This document shows positions 13,309 to 27,589 of a stretch of 64,000 nucleotides of DNA, piece by piece. Origin of the DNA: Leucoraja ocellata. Lineage: Eukaryota. Position 1 is the stretch's first letter. The number at the start of each line of letters is the position of its first letter. The DNA lies in the NCBI GenBank assembly GCA_036785375.1, contig JAWMAR010000069.1, positions 4,712,001-4,776,000 on the forward strand, in the 5' to 3' direction. Below the pieces are notes generated by a model. The model was not told the origin of the DNA. It saw only the letters and a program-made list of their open reading frames with translations, and did no database searches. Both the position numbers and the translations under genes were made by a program.

Positions 13309-13917
13309 TTAGACGAAACAAAGTGCAGGAGTAACAGAGCGGGTCAGGCAGCATCTCTGGAGGACATGGGTAGGAGAGGTTTCGGGTGAGACCCTGCAGT
13401 CTCCTAATGTTTTGATTAGAACGTTCAAATGGGCGCTAAAGATCCTCACGAGTTTGGGGGACGAAAATAAATACCAGCATTCAGAAAACATTTAACTTAA
13501 CACAGTCGTTCCAAAGTCCAGAAAGCAGTCGTATCCACCTCTGCAACTTGCTGCATTCCAGCAATTTACTCCGTGAATTTCTCCGACCATGTGGCAATTC
13601 TTATATAAACACAAGTTATTCCTTTCTGACTTCAAGCCTTCCACGCTGCTTGCTTCTGGCCGGCTGGAGAATGATAATACATTCTGCTTTGTACTTGGAT
13701 GTCTTTATAAACGGGCTACGTTTACCTATGTCTCAGGGAGCGCAGTGATGAAGCGTCAACTATTGGCAGATCACCCACCTGAACAGCGTGCGACCCGCAG
13801 GGTAAATGTGTGGGCGCTCCCCCTGCTCTCTGTCTTGTTCACCATTTCACAGCTACATGTCTGCAGATACAGCATGGTAACAGGCCCTTCTATGCCGACC
13901 CTCGTTCACACTAGTTC

Positions 13918-14182
13918 TACAGACACAAAATGCTGAAGTAACTCAGTGGGCCAGGCAGCATCTCTGGAGAAAAGGAATGGGTGACGTTTTGGGTCGGAAC
14001 TTTTCTTCAGACTGAGAGATAGAGAAGGCCAGAATGCGGAGGATACACACACATTTTGGCCTTCTCTATCTTTCAGCCTGAAGAACCTGAAAAGTCACCT
14101 AATCCTTTTCTCCAGAGATGCTGCCTGACCTGCTGACTTACTCCAGCATCTTCAGTGTAAACTAGCATCTGCAGTTCCATCC
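13918..14182. mobile_element. Palindromic Penelope pseudo-LTR mini-element inside a minus-strand V-SINE
   Basis: Inverted arms centred near 14043; 13-bp TSD TTCACACTAGTTC at 13905-13917 and 14183-14195. Confidence 0.8.
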
Positions 14183-14334
14183 TTCACACTAGTTCAGTAT
14201 TTCACCACTTTCGCATCCACTCCCTCCACAGTAGGGGGCAGTTACAGAAGCTAATTAACATACAATCCCGCACGCCTTTGGGATATGGGAGAAAATCAGA
14301 GCACTCGGAGGAACCCCGTGAGGTCACAAGGAGA

Positions 14335-14810
14335 ACATAGAAACATAGAAAATAGGTGCAGGAGTAGGCCATTCGGCCCATCGAGCCTGCACTGCCATTC
14401 GATATGATCATGGCTGATCATCCAACTCGGTATCCCATCCCTGCCTTCTCTCCATACCCCCTGATCCCTTTAGCCACAAGGGCCACATCTAACTCCCTCT
14501 TAAATATAGCCAATGAACTGGCCTCAACTACCTTCTGTGGCAGGAAATTCCACAGATTCACCACTCTCTGTGTAAAAAATGATTTTCTCATCTCGGTCCT
14601 AAAAGACTTCCCTCTTATCCTTAAACTGTGACCCCTAGTTCTGGACTTCCCCAACATCGGGAATAATCTTCCTGCATCTAGCCTGTCCAACCCCTTAAGA
14701 ATGTTGTAAGTTTCTATAAGATCCCCCCTCAATCTTCTAAATTCTAGCGAGTACAAGCCGAGTCTATCCAGTCTTTCTTCATATGAAAGTCCTGCCATCC
14801 CAGGACTTTC
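14335..14810 (-). mobile_element. CR1 LINE 3' end, young, nested in a V-SINE
   Basis: ORF 14418-14798 reads GLSYEERLDRLGLYSLEFRRLRGDLIETY...FFTQRVVNLWN; (TTCTATGT)n tail. Confidence 0.95.
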
Positions 14811-15644
14811 ATAGAGCCCCGTGCAGACTCCACATGGACAGCACTTGAGGTCACGATCGAACCCGGGTTTCTAATGCTGTAAGGCAGCAGCTTTACCAAC
14901 TGTGCCACTGTGTCACCCTGTTTTGTCCTGTTCTATTGTGTAACTGCTGCTTGAGAGAGTACATAAGAACGAGTAGCTTGCATGCCTTTGGTGGTAGTTT
15001 TGATGAGAGAACTTTGGGGGAATTATATTCCTGTTGGCATTCGTCAATTGAAATTGTACTCAATCTAGCCTTGCCCAGCGATTGGAATCTAAGTTACATT
15101 TTCAGATGAATTAGTTGTCACCGAGATTGTAAAACTCTTTGTGTGAACCCTGATGATCTGCACCAAGGCAACCAATCTGGAAAACATATCACACTGCCAC
15201 CAATGCAGGATAGTGGATTGGGGACTATATTGAATACTGTTGTTACTTTGTCGAGCCCCATACTCTTTGCATACTTGTGTTTTGTAGGCAGAACAACGCA
15301 TTTCACTGTACCAAGTACACGTGACAATAAAGTATCAATGAATCAATCAGTGGATGGATGTATGGGTGTGGTTAAAAACTCCCAAGTGTGAGTGTGTTGG
15401 ATAACACGTTATGTTCCATCTCAGGATCATAAATTGAACCTTTGATCAGAGTACAGTTGGGATTGAAGGAGGGTAGTGTTTGCGAGAGAGTTGAGCTGGT
15501 GACAAGGGCTTGTGTGAATGCCAAGTCTGTGCACTGGGACAACCCGAGCAGATCTTGGTCTCCAATTGTCTTGGACCATCTTGTCAATAGACAGAATGTC
15601 CCTGTCATGAATCACGTGGTAGCTGGTGCACGATGACCACCCCA

Positions 15645-16050
15645 TGTTAAAACACATTCCTGCACCATTCCTTAGAAAGGAAGTAGAAGCATGTCCCCCT
15701 CGTGTATCAGTGCATTTACCCAATCTATTTCTCTCATAATCTTACACACCTCTATAAGATCACCTCATCCTCCTGCGTTCCAAGGAATAAGCCTGCTCAA
15801 TCTCTCCCTATATCTCAAGCCCTCGAGTCCTGGCAACATCCTCATAAATCATCTCTGCACCCTTTCCAGCTCAGCAATATCTTTACTATAACAGGGTGAC
15901 CAAAACTGACCATAATACTTTTTTACTCCACAACTTCAGCTGCCGAAGCACAGTCTAGAATTATCTAGGCCTCACCAATGTCTTGTACAACTGTAACATG
16001 AGCTCCCACCGTCTATCTCTCTGCTCCGCACACTCCCCAGAGCCCTGCCA
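15645..16050 (-). mobile_element. Degenerate CR1 fragment
   Basis: Minus strand resembles the LERVQRRF..MLPGLEGLSY.ERL region. Confidence 0.65.
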
Positions 16051-17100
16051 TTCATTGTGTTGGTTCTTTCATGGTATTTCGTTTTGAGCAAACGCCCTTG
16101 CTAGTTGAGGCCGAGGGGTAACCAAGGCATCTGGCCCCCTCATTAGGGGAAAGACAACAACGGCTGAGAAGAGAAAGGAATGTTAGCGACAGACATTGTG
16201 AGAATATCTTACTGCTGCACGAATCGAGGGCCAGAATCTCTGAACATTTCAGACAAAAACATTGCAAAGTGTTAAATAATAACTATTAAAAATTGTAAGT
16301 AAAAAGCTGGCTTGGAAATGAATCTTTGGTGGACAACGCTAACTTCTATTGTCATGCATCCTCATTGGTTTGAATTCATTCCACGGACATTGCTGGAATA
16401 GCTTTTGGAGGCACAGTATGACATGCTGATGTGGTATTTGGCATCAATGATGGAGTGACTGGGGATGAATTTCTAAGCACTAGTCTGTTTAAACTATGAT
16501 AGATAAAGGGACAGAACTGCAAGAAACCAAATTTTGATTGATAGCACATTGCTCTTCAAAAATAGTTTATGAATACATTTTTCACCTGGGTTCCGTGGAA
16601 GGAAGCTGGCTCGTACAATGTCCCTCAAGATTTGCGAGGCAATTCCGTTCACCATGCAAAGTAATTTTCCAGGGTGGAGGGGTGAGGGCTGTGTGCTTCG
16701 TGAAGTGCAAAACACCAAGCCTCCTTGTTTAAGGAAGAAAGTTATTGCATTGGAAACAGTTCAGAGAAGATTTACTGGATCAATGGTTGGAATAAGAAAA
16801 GGTTGGAGAGGCCAGGCTTTTATCTGTTGGAGTTGAGCACAAGGATTGAAATGTACAACATTTCCTGAGGTCTTCACAAGGTCAATGGCAAATGTTGTAG
16901 ATTTGTTGTTGTTGTTAAGATGAAGCAAATAATCCAATTCAGCCACATCAAGAATAACTTGAATTACTCTCCACCTTTAACGGAATAAAATAATCCGTAG
17001 TACTTTAAGTGAACGAAGTTCATCAAAATTTTGGCAAACAGGTTGATGCAAGAAATCTAATGCCATAGACAAAGAATGAGGAGAGATAGAACTGCACGGT

Positions 17101-17407
17101 TGGGGCAGCATGGTGGCGCAGCGGTAGAGTTGCTGCCTCACAGCGCCAGAGACCTTGGTTTGATCTTGACTGCGGGTGTTGTCTGTACGGAGTTTGCACG
17201 TTCTCCCTGGGACCTGCGTGGGTTTTAACCGGGAGCTCCGGTTTCCTCCCACACTGCAAAGACATAACAGTTTGCAGGCTAAGTGGCTTGGTAAAATTAT
17301 AAAACTCTCCCTTGTGATTCGGACAGTGTTGGTATGTGGGGATTGCTGGTTGGCGCCGACTTGGTGGGCTGAAGGGCCTGTTTCCGTGTTGTATCTGGAA
17401 AACTAAA
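17101..17407 (+). mobile_element. V-SINE
   Basis: Match to the SINE consensus. Confidence 0.9.
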
Positions 17408-18439
17408 CAGAATTAAATTCTTTAGGGAGTTAATTGGAGACTGTGTTTAGGCAGCAGAAGTTGCGGAGTAAATAAATTGAGACTTTTTGTCCCATAAATG
17501 GGGAATTTGTACAACCCGAAGAAACTACATAGCATCCAAGATGGGAGCAGAGAGGGAATTGAAAGCATGGATGAGTATTGTCAGTTTGGTTGCGTTCCAG
17601 AAGGGAACATTGGGCATTTATATTTAATATCAGTCCGATGAGTTCTGGAAAATTGTTTAAGTAATGTTATGGAAGAATAATAAATTCAAGTCAATAAGTC
17701 CAGTGGGGCAGCTGTCGAACTCCAATTTTTTTGCACAGTTCGAAGTCTTGAGGGGGTTCGAATCCAGACATAACTATATCAAAATAAATTTCGGCCTCAC
17801 TCAGAAAGTCTCTGGGTGAGTATGTAACGTGCTGTCAGTTGAAAAAGCACAGGCACCTGATGTGTTAGATTGTATGAAATGAACTCGCCGAAGTCTGATT
17901 AGTTATTTTAGTGTTTTATGGAGATGATTATGTTAATTCCAAGTTGGCACCCATTTTCTACAGTGTTCTATGGAAAGCTGCGGTCTGCTTTCTGAAAGAA
18001 CGGAATGGAAAGAAATTTAATATTTGCGAAATACTATTGAACTTCAATCCCTGCTGTTTTCCTCAAGAGTTTTGACAAGGGCGAGGAATTGGAGGTTGAA
18101 GCCAAGCTCTGTGTTGCCACTATCTCTCTGGGAAGTTGCTTTTCAGCTCCAGCTTACAGTCTGATATAAAACACAGACGTGTGTTTAGTGCAAGCATGAG
18201 GAAGGGAAAAAAACACACTGCCCGATTCTTAGCTTCTCCTGGGAGCCATGGACAGCTGGAATTTGGACCGATTGAAATTGTCTGAGCGCTGGTCTTGTTT
18301 AACTCTTTACATCCTGGTTAAAATGGAAGTCTTCACCGTGCATCCCCATAATCTGAACCATATGACTGAGGGGAGGTTGTGCTGATATGGGAGAAAACAT
18401 AATGGTTCAAATTGTGCACAACCAACATTGTAGTTATTA

Positions 18440-19085
18440 CAGTTATACAACACAAATCTGGCCCTTCGACCCAACCTGGCCATGCTGACCAAGATGTGGA
18501 ATTCTCTGCATCTGTGGAATACTCTGCCACAGAAGGTAGTTGAGGCCAGTTCATTGGCTAGATTTAAGAGGGAGTTAGATGTGGCCCTTGTGGCTAAAGG
18601 GATCAGGGGGTATGGAGAGAAGGCAGGTATGGGATATTGATTTGGATGATCAGCCATGATCATATTGAATGGCGGTGCAGGCTCGAAGGGCCGAATGGCC
18701 TACTCCTGCACCTATTTTCTATGTTTCTATGTTCCTATGCCTCATCTAAGCTAACCCCATTTAGCCTTTATCTCTCTAAACGTCCCGATCCATGTACCTG
18801 TCCAAACGTCTCTTAAATGTTATAGCCTCGACCACCAGCTCTGGATGAAAAAGTTGCCTCTCGGGTTCGTATTTAATCATCACCCTCTCAATTTAAACCT
18901 ATGTCCTCTTGTTTTTGATGCCTCTACCTTGGGTAAAAAGCCCCTGTGCATTCACCCTATCTATTTCCCTTGTGATTTTATACACCACTACTATAAGATC
19001 ACCCCTCAGCCTCCTGCGTTCTAAGGGACAAAGTCCTAGCCTGCACAACCAGTTTAGCCCTTCAAATCCTGGCAACATCCTTATA
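18440..19085. mobile_element. Nested CR1 fragments: plus-strand young tail (18497-18738) inside a minus-strand older copy
   Basis: CR1 3'UTR with (TTCTATGT)n tail; flanking sequence matches a minus-strand CR1 tail and RT end. Confidence 0.8.
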
Positions 19086-19959
19086 AAACGATATTGGGGT
19101 TACAGCAAATTATTGGCGGCTTCCAAAGGAAAATAATTTGATATTGTATAAATTTACTTTTATCATGTAGGAAGGGTGAATATTACACATTTTGCTTTTG
19201 CACATGATCCCAGTACTCTTATCAATGGAGTTTTACTCAATATGGAATTATAATATCGTCCATATGGTAACTTATAACAGAGTCCATATGGTAAATGAGT
19301 ACGAAGGAACTGGCTTCCACTGAAGTTAGACATAATGCTGGAGTAACTCAGTGGGACAGTCAGCATCTCTGGAGAGAAGGAATGGGTGACGTTTCGGGTC
19401 GAGACACCTTCCTCAGACTGGGAGTTAGGGGAGAGGGAAACGATATGTCTAATTGTCTACAGAAGCATTAGTTACTATGTAATTTGTTTGCTGTGTCACT
19501 TGCCCTGGTATTGATCCCCCGATAGATCAGCTATCCAAGCCACTGCTACTGTTTAGATCGTCATGCAGGGCAGGAATGTGTGGTATTAATTCATGTCCCC
19601 TGGTATGGAAGTTGAGATGATGCGGTCCGCCTCCATTTCTCTTGCCTTGGGAGTAGAAATCTAGCCATGTTTCTCAGCTCTAATCTCCTGCTGGTGGGTA
19701 TGTGGACTGAATGAGCAGTGAAGTGGATGTGTGGACAGACAGAATTACTTCAGTTCTAATGGAGACATCATTAAATAGTCTGTGATTTGCAACACAAAAC
19801 ACGTCAACCTTGGATCCAGATGCTTTAAAGAATGGAAGTGAGAAAAGCAGATGGTAGACAGAGGTCGGGGAAAGTACTTATTATGTTGCCTATCACATAT
19901 TTGAGCGAAAACAAACACTTATTTACCTTGGAATGGAGACAATTTAATCTGCTCTTCAA

Positions 19960-20270
19960 GTGATATAGCATGGAAAACAGGCCCTTCAGCCCATTGAGTC
20001 CATGCCGACTATTGATCACCCATTCATATTAGTTCTATGTTATCCCACTTTCCCACCTACTCCCTGCACTCTCGGAGCAATTTATAGAGGTCTTTAACCC
20101 ACAAACTTGCATGTCTTTGGGATGTGGGAGGAAACCGGAGCACCTGGAGGATATCCACGTGGTCACAGAAAGAATGCGCACACCTCACATGGACAGCACC
20201 CGAGGCCAGAATCGAACCTGGGTCTGTAGCACTACGAGGCAGGGGCTCTACCACCCGACCACTGTGCCAC
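19960..20270 (-). mobile_element. V-SINE
   Basis: Match to the SINE consensus. Confidence 0.85.
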
Positions 20271-20899
20271 TCTCTATGGACTTTTTTATTCGCTCTTTAA
20301 CATTAGGGTCCCCCGTGGTATTTTTCACGTGTCACGTGGAGTGAGGATTCTACAGTTTACTTGTCGTGAGGCAGCCCCCGAGTTTCAGCCATAGCATGCC
20401 TTGAGCACGAATAAACTAAAGGAATTAACTAAAGAAAACTCAACTCCACTGAGGTAAACATCACTGAGGCAGAAGGAATAGGTGATATGGCTGGTACAAA
20501 ATTAAACCACAATTATCAGCATTTGATGAGAGTGAAAGAGCAGTTAAAATTATACCCGAAATCACTGCCTCACATATGTAGCAAGTAATTAAAGTAATAC
20601 GTGTCTTATGATGCTCCAGAGGTGTAACAAGTGGAGGCTGTATCTGTCTGTATAAATGCTTGACTGAAGAGGGAGATTTACAAGGGTTTGAGGAGCACTT
20701 AATAAATGTCCATGACTGTGAGAACAAACGTTGAGTGTTTGACTGGTTCCAACATGTGAAATGGAAATTGCAGGAGTCCAATGTGGAGGAGGAGTGTAAA
20801 ACGACACATCTTGGCTCGTTTTTACATGGGAGCCAATAGCCCAGATTTTGCCATCATGACGTGCGCAAGATGTTAGTGAGGGCACATTTGTAGTATTGT

Positions 20900-21535
20900 G
20901 TCAGCCTATTATAGAAAAGATGCTGTTAAGCTGGAAAGAGTGCGGAGAAGATTTACAATGATGAGGGCCTGAGCTATAGGGAGAGGTTGGACAGTTTTTT
21001 ATTTCTTTTGATCAGACAGGGCAGATGCACAGTATTTTACCCAGATTTGGGGAAATCAAGAACCAGAGGCCATAGGTTTCAGATGAGAAGAAAATGATTT
21101 AATAGGAACTTGAGGAGCAACTTTTTCATACAGAGGGTATTGGGCATATGAGGTAGTTGAGGCAGGTATGATAATAACATTCAAAGCACATTTGGACAGG
21201 TACATGGACAGGAAAGGTTTAGATGGAATGGGTCAAATGTAGGCAGGTTTAGTTTAGTTTTGTTTATTGTCATGAGTACCGAGGTACAGTGAAAAGCCTT
21301 TGTTGCATGTTATCGAGTCAGCGGAAAGACAATACATTATGACAATCGAGGCATTTACAGTGTATAGGTACATGATTAGGGAATAACGTTTAGTGCAAGG
21401 TAAAGCCAATAAAGTCTGATCAAAGATAGTCCGTGGGTCACCAATGAGGTAGATAGTGGGACTAGTGTAGATAGTGCATCTAGCTTGGCATGGGGGAGTT
21501 GGGCCGAAGGGCCTGTTTCCGTGTTGTATGACTAA
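20900..21535 (+). mobile_element. CR1 3' fragment interrupted by an antisense Rex1-type tail (21248-21460)
   Basis: KLERVRRRFT-like coding remnant; CR1 tail resumes at about 21460. Confidence 0.75.
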
Positions 21536-21734
21536 CATTTCCATGTGCAGAATCACGTCTGTGGTTTCTATCTGGCTCTGACTGTCCCAAAGCAGCCAGG
21601 TATCCAGTGGGATGGTTTGAATGCAATGATGGGACCAGCCTCAAAACTACCCTGAGATGAAAGCCAAGACCTGTCGCAAGGCTCCGTTAGGGTCATAGAA
21701 GCTGTTTAATTGTTTTCAAGTATTGAGTGATTGA

Positions 21735-22140
21735 AAGATAGAGCATGAAAACAAGCCCTTTGGTCCACCGAGTCCACGCCGGCCATCGATTACCCTTTCA
21801 CACTAGTTCTATGTTATTCCACACCTTACACACAAGGGGGGGGTTTATAGAGACTAATTCGCCTACAATCCTGCATCTCTTTGGGATATATGTAGGAAGG
21901 AACTGCAGATGCTGGTTTAAACTGAAGATAGACACAAAATGCTGGAGTAACTCAGCGGAACAGGCAGCATCTCTTGAGAGAAGGAATTCTTTCTCCCCAG
22001 AAATGCTGCCTGTCCCGCTGAGTTACTCCAGCATTTTGTGTCTTTTGGATGTGTTGGGAATCCCCTGCGGACACAAGGAGAACATGCAAACTCCACGCAG
22101 GCGTTGTCCAAGGTCAGTATCGAACCCGTGTCTCTGGCTC
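21735..22140 (-). mobile_element. V-SINE with nested palindromic Penelope repeat (about 21890-22042)
   Basis: SINE consensus on both sides; the insert has inverted arms. Confidence 0.8.
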
Positions 22141-23017
22141 CGCATGGCAACATATCTTTGACATCCTCTGATAATTTCAAAACTGCTAACATGAAAGTAA
22201 ATAATTTGACCTATTTTTAATTTTAATAAGTTAACAAAACATAATTAAAGACAATAAACCAAAGTTAAATATTTGAATAAAGGTACCGTCCCTTCCCCAT
22301 TGCCTCTTGTATTTGGCTTTACAATCCCCAATAAAATAAATTGGTTCTAACCTCAGCAGTATAATCGGGAATTTTTGGGTTTTGTTGGCACTAGAGCGTT
22401 TGGCTGCTGCCAATTCTTTAAATTTAAAAACTCAGTGAAAAATGTTTCTGTTTCAACTGATAAAGATCATTTTTGGAAGTTTCAAGATGTACGCAGTTTA
22501 TTCCCAACCAGAATAACTCTGGTTAACTCTTCCATCTACTTTCACTGTGGGATACGCAGTCTTTAGCATCCATGGCTCCAATGGAAATATACTTACAGCA
22601 AAAAAAGGATAAAGCACATGCAATTTACTCATGCAGTTTTTCTTTAAAGGAATCCATCTTCTGTGGTTATTGCAGCTGTATTTTTTTTTTAATGACCGGT
22701 TTTGATTTGATATTTTAAAACGTTGCTTTCAAAAACACCCTAATCAGGGTTTGCATCACCAAATGATTGAATTAGTAGTTTGAATTGCAGTAGGTGCCCT
22801 ACTTTTACCTCTCAAAAGAAATCCAAGAGCGTGTGTAACCTGTGAGCGACTGTAGTTTGCACTAAAAAAGTGATTTGAAGCCCCTCTTTGCATGGTTATG
22901 TTAAATTATATGACACTTGGGAAATTCCACTGCTGAGAGATAGTGACTTTGCACTTGAAAGGGCAGTTTTGTGGGATTTGTACACTGTGGATAACTTGAT
23001 TTCCTTGGTTCATATGT

Positions 23018-23797
23018 TATAAAAGAGATTGAGCAACTGTCCATATGGTGCCAGCACAATAACCTGGCCCTCAACACCAGCAAAACCAAGGAACTGATTG
23101 TTGACTTTGGAAGGAGTAGGATGGGGACCCACAGCCCCGTTTATATCAACGGGTCAATGGTTGAAAGGGTCAAAAGCTTCAAATTCCTGGGCGTGCACAT
23201 ATCTGAAGATCTTTCCTGGTTCGAGAACACTGATGCAATTATCAAGAAAGCACATCAGCGCCTCTACTTCCTGAGAACATTACGGAGAGTCGGGTTGTCA
23301 AGGAGGACTCTCTCTAACTTCTACAGGTGCACAGCAGAGAGCATGCTGACTGGTTGCATCGTGGCTTGGTTCGGCAACTTGAGCGCCCTAGAGAGGAAGA
23401 GACTACAAAAAGTAGTAAACACTCCCCAGTCCATCATCGGCTCTGACCTTCCTTCCATTGAGGGGATTTATCGAAGTCGCTGCCTCAAAAAGGCTGGCAG
23501 TATCATCAAAGACCCACACCATCCTGGCCACACACTCATCTCCCTGCTACCTTCAGGTAGAAGGTACAGGAGCCTGAAGACTGCAACGACCAGGTTCAGG
23601 AATAGCTACTTCCCCACAGCCATCAGGCTATTAAACCTGGCTCAGCCGAAACTCTGAACATTAATAACCCATTATTTGTTATTTGCACTTTATCAGTTTA
23701 TTTATTCATGTGTTTTGTAGTCAATGCCTATTATGTTCTGTGTGCTGAAGCAAAGCAAGAATTTCATTGTCCTATCAGGGCCACATGACAATAAACT
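23018..23797 (+). mobile_element. Rex1/Babar LINE 3' part (RT C-terminus, DUF1891-like region)
   Basis: WCQHNNLALNTSKTKELIVDF is in frame with ORF 23121-23657 (FKFLGVHI...KKAHQRLYFLR...LPSGRRYRS); TGACAATAAA tail. Confidence 0.92.
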
Positions 23798-24750
23798 TCA
23801 ATCAATCAACCTTTATTGTCATCTTGCAAGCTACAGTTGAACAGTGCAAAATGAAAATACTGGAGCATCGCACATGAAATTTAAAACATTTCACACATAA
23901 TAACACTAAAAACAATCCAGTCCCTGATGGAACAGTATAAATAGTTAAAAGCAGATAAAACAATAACGTTAAAATACAGTAAAACCAATCATAAAAATGT
24001 CCGGGGCAGCTGATTTGAGTGGCCAGTGCCAGTTTTTAAAGTGTCCGTGCCAAGCCGCAGAATCAAGTGACTGTGAGTACAGAGGGACTGTTTAGCAGCC
24101 TCACAGCCTGTGGCAGGAAGCTGTTTAGCAGTCTTGTAGTCCGGGCTTTGATGCTGCGATATCTCTTGCCTGATGGCAGGAGATCCAGGTGTATGTGGAG
24201 GGGGTGCAGTTTGTCCTCAGCAATTCTCTGAGCTTTTTTCAGACAGCGGCTCTGGAACAGTTCTTGTACCGAGGGTAGGGAGATGCCAATGATCCTCTCT
24301 GCTCCCCTCACTACCCTCTGCAGAGCCTTCCTGTCCGAGCAGTTGCAGGTGGAGTACCACGTATTTATGCAGTACGTGAGTACAGACTCCACCGTGCCCC
24401 TGTAGAAAGTCCTGAGGATGTTGGTGGGGAGTGAGGCCTGTTTTAGTTTCTACAGGAAGCGCAGTCGCTGATGGGCCCAGTGGTGTTCCTGGACTAGGTG
24501 AGGCTGTCTGTAATTTGCACACCGAGGAACTTTATGCTCTCCACTCTCTCCACTGTGGTGCCACTGATGTTGAGCGGTGTATGCTTTTGCTGCGCCCTCC
24601 TGAAGTCGACAACCATCTCCTTTGTTTTGTTGACATTTAATTCTAGATTATTTTTGCCGCACCAGTCCACTAGTTGTTTTACTTCCTCCCTGTACATTGA
24701 TTCGTCATCTCCGCTGATGAGTCCCACCACTGTTGTGTCATCTGCGAATT
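23798..24750 (-). mobile_element. Second Rex1/Babar LINE, antisense, inserted in the tail of the first
   Basis: KFADDTTVVGLI...LNVNKTKEMVVDFR (ORF 24494-24853) and ORF 24063-24392. Confidence 0.92.
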
Positions 24751-26074
24751 TGAAATTGAACTTGAACTTGAAGAGTAGAATTAGACCACTTGGCCCATCA
24801 AGTCCACTCTGCCATTCAATCATGGCTGATCTATCTCTCCCTTTCAACTCCACTCTCCTGTCTTTTCCACATAACTTGTGGCACCTGTACTGATCAATAA
24901 TCTGTCAATCTCCACCTTAAAAATATCCATTGACTTGGCCTCCGCAGCCACCTGTGGCAATCAATGTCCATAAATTATAATCCTGTATAGTCTTCGCTGA
25001 CTGGATAGCACACAACCACAGTACCACAGTACACGTGATAATAATAAACTAAAGGAAACTAAACCAGTTTTGTGTGACGTTGTGCTCTCTCAAGTATTAT
25101 GCAAAATGCAACACGCCTAACACAGTGAATCTTCCCTCTGCAATTTGCTGACACTGGAGGGAGTGTAAAAATTAAGAGAATTTTGAGAGAAAATTGAGAG
25201 AATTAATGGTGGGGTGTGTAAGTCACAGGTATTAGGTGAAGAGAGGAGTGTGTGAGAAGAGGGGAGGACAACACAGTCGGTTGGAGTAATCGCAATGAAA
25301 GGAGCAGCAAGCTGGAAGAAGATGGGTGTCGCTGGACTGTTGCAGCTGCTTGTGTGAGGCCAGGTGCTCTTTAGAAAGACCAATGGCAACTTTTACACTT
25401 TCACTGGCTGCTGAAAGTTGGAGACCATTGGTGTCTGGCAGCTTTGCTTCATGGTACAGGTTGACACTAGGATTGTTAAAAGGAGCGTTGCATGCCCATT
25501 GCCATCATTGCCCATATCTGTCAAGTTCTTTGCACCCTCATGTAATGTCCAAGTGCAGTATGTGCCACTAGCATACTTACCCAGTTACATCATACTTTTA
25601 ACCCCCTCTTCTCCACTACTCCCATGAAACTGACTTTGTTGTATTTCAGTAGTCACTTTGGCTGTGCAGGAAGGAACAGCAGATGCTGGTTTATACCGAA
25701 GACAGATACAAAGTGCTGGAGTAAGTCAGCGGGTCAGGCAGCATCTCTGAAGAAAAGGTGCAGGCAATGTCTAGGGTCGGAAACTTTCTTCAGACAGGAA
25801 AAGCCTGGAAGAAGAGTTCCAACCGGAAAGGTCGGCTGTTCCTTTTCTCCGGAGTTGGTGCCTGACCCGCTAAGTTACTCCAGCTGTTAGCCTTGATTCT
25901 TGAAGAATTTCAATGTTATCACTTACTAATTTGAGATCCCTCAATAATTGCATGCCACTTTCCTTGATTAATAGAATGCATTAAATAATTACCTAAAAAA
26001 TAATCTCAATACGTAATGTTTCTGGGAGCAGTAAACAAGAAACTGCTTTTGCTGCCATTTGCATCAATCCTGAT

Positions 26075-26335
26075 GACCCTGACTACGGGTGCTGTCTGTA
26101 GGGAGTTTGTACGTTCTCCCCGTGACCTGAATGGGTTTTCTCCAGGAGCTCCAGCTTCCTCCCACACTCCAAAGATGCACATGTTTGTAGAATAATTGCC
26201 GTTGATAAAATTGTAAATTGTCCCTGGTGTGTAGGATAGTATTAGTGTGTAGGGATCACTGGTCGGCACGGCCTCGGTGGGCCGAAGTGCCTGCTTCCGC
26301 GCTGTGTCTCTAAAATTAGAAGCTAAAACTAAAAC
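26075..26335 (+). mobile_element. V-SINE, 5' truncated
   Basis: Match to the SINE consensus. Confidence 0.85.
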
Positions 26336-26805
26336 TCAAGCAGCCAACTGACCTCTTGCACAAAAATACAGCTTGATTTCCCTTGATGGCCTTTCTACTT
26401 GCAGTGACCGGTCACCTGTAATTCAGTGCATGCTTTAAAAGCCCTGTTACAATATATCAATTACCAGAGATGACTCCGTGCAGAGTTTACAGATATGCTC
26501 AATGGGACTGTTCCATATTACCATGATACTTTTTGAATAGAAAGATTTCATTGCATAATTCCATAACTGCATTTTGAAGGTGTATTCTCTTGTTTTCCGG
26601 TGGAAGAAATGGTTTCTCTGTGCACACCCTTACTGAATCATTTAAATGTGTTAAAGACATTGATTATTTTATCCCTTCAGTACAGGGTGCCTCAAATCAG
26701 CCTGATTGTGAATAAAGTAAAGATAGACACAAAATGCTAGAGTAACTCAACAGGAGAAAATGGATGTGATGTTTCGAGTTGTGAACCTTCGTCAGACATA
26801 TTGTG

Positions 26806-27097
26806 AACGGTGGCGCAGCGGTGGAGTTGTTGCCTTACAGCGCGAGATGTGCTGGTTTGATTCCGACTACAGATGCTGTCTGGGTGGAGTTTGTACGTTC
26901 TCCCCGTGATCGCATGGGACTTCCTTGGGTGCTCTGGTTTCCTCCCACACTGCAAAGACATACAGGTTTGTAGGTTAATTGGATTCAGTAAAAAAACTAT
27001 AACTTGTCCCTAGTGTGTAGTGTGTAAAGGGGATCGCTGGTCAGCACGGACTTGGTGGGCCGAAGGGTCTGTTTCCGTGCTCTATTACTAAACTAAA
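26806..27097 (+). mobile_element. V-SINE
   Basis: Match to the SINE consensus. Confidence 0.85.
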
Positions 27098-27154
27098 AGC
27101 ATCCAAGTAACGGATGGGAATGAAAATTGTAAATTGTCCCCAGTGTGTAGGATA

Positions 27155-27223
27155 GTGTTAGTGTGTAGGGATCGCTGGTGTTAGTGTGTAGGGATCGCTG
27201 GTGTTAGTGTGTAGGGATCGCTG
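27155..27223 (+). repeat. 3 x 23-bp tandem repeat in a SINE tail fragment
   Basis: GTGTTAGTGTGTAGGGATCGCTG occurs three times in a row. Confidence 0.9.
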
Positions 27224-27589
27224 GTCGGCATGACCTCGGTGGTCGGGCTCTTAAAGATAGTGGAGTCAAGGGATATGGGGAGAAGGCAGGAACGGGGTAC
27301 TGATTGTGGATGATCAGCCATGATCATATTGAATGGCGGTGCTGGCTCGAAGGGCCCAATGGCCTACTCCTGCACCTTTTGCCTATTGCCTATTGAAAGT
27401 ATAATTGTGCATACCATCCAATTATCTGAATATGGATTAAGATGCCAGAGCTTAACGTTACTTCACTTTTCAGATTTTTTTTTGTAAAGAATAATTGATT
27501 ATTTCCTGTGCCGATCTGGTCCAGTTGCTCTGCTTCATTGATGAATAATATACATTGTGCAGATTTGAATCTATGCCCATGAATGAAGG

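Noticed and set aside
27155-27223. CRISPR-like repeat array
   Set aside because: A spacer-less tandem repeat of SINE sequence in a eukaryotic context.
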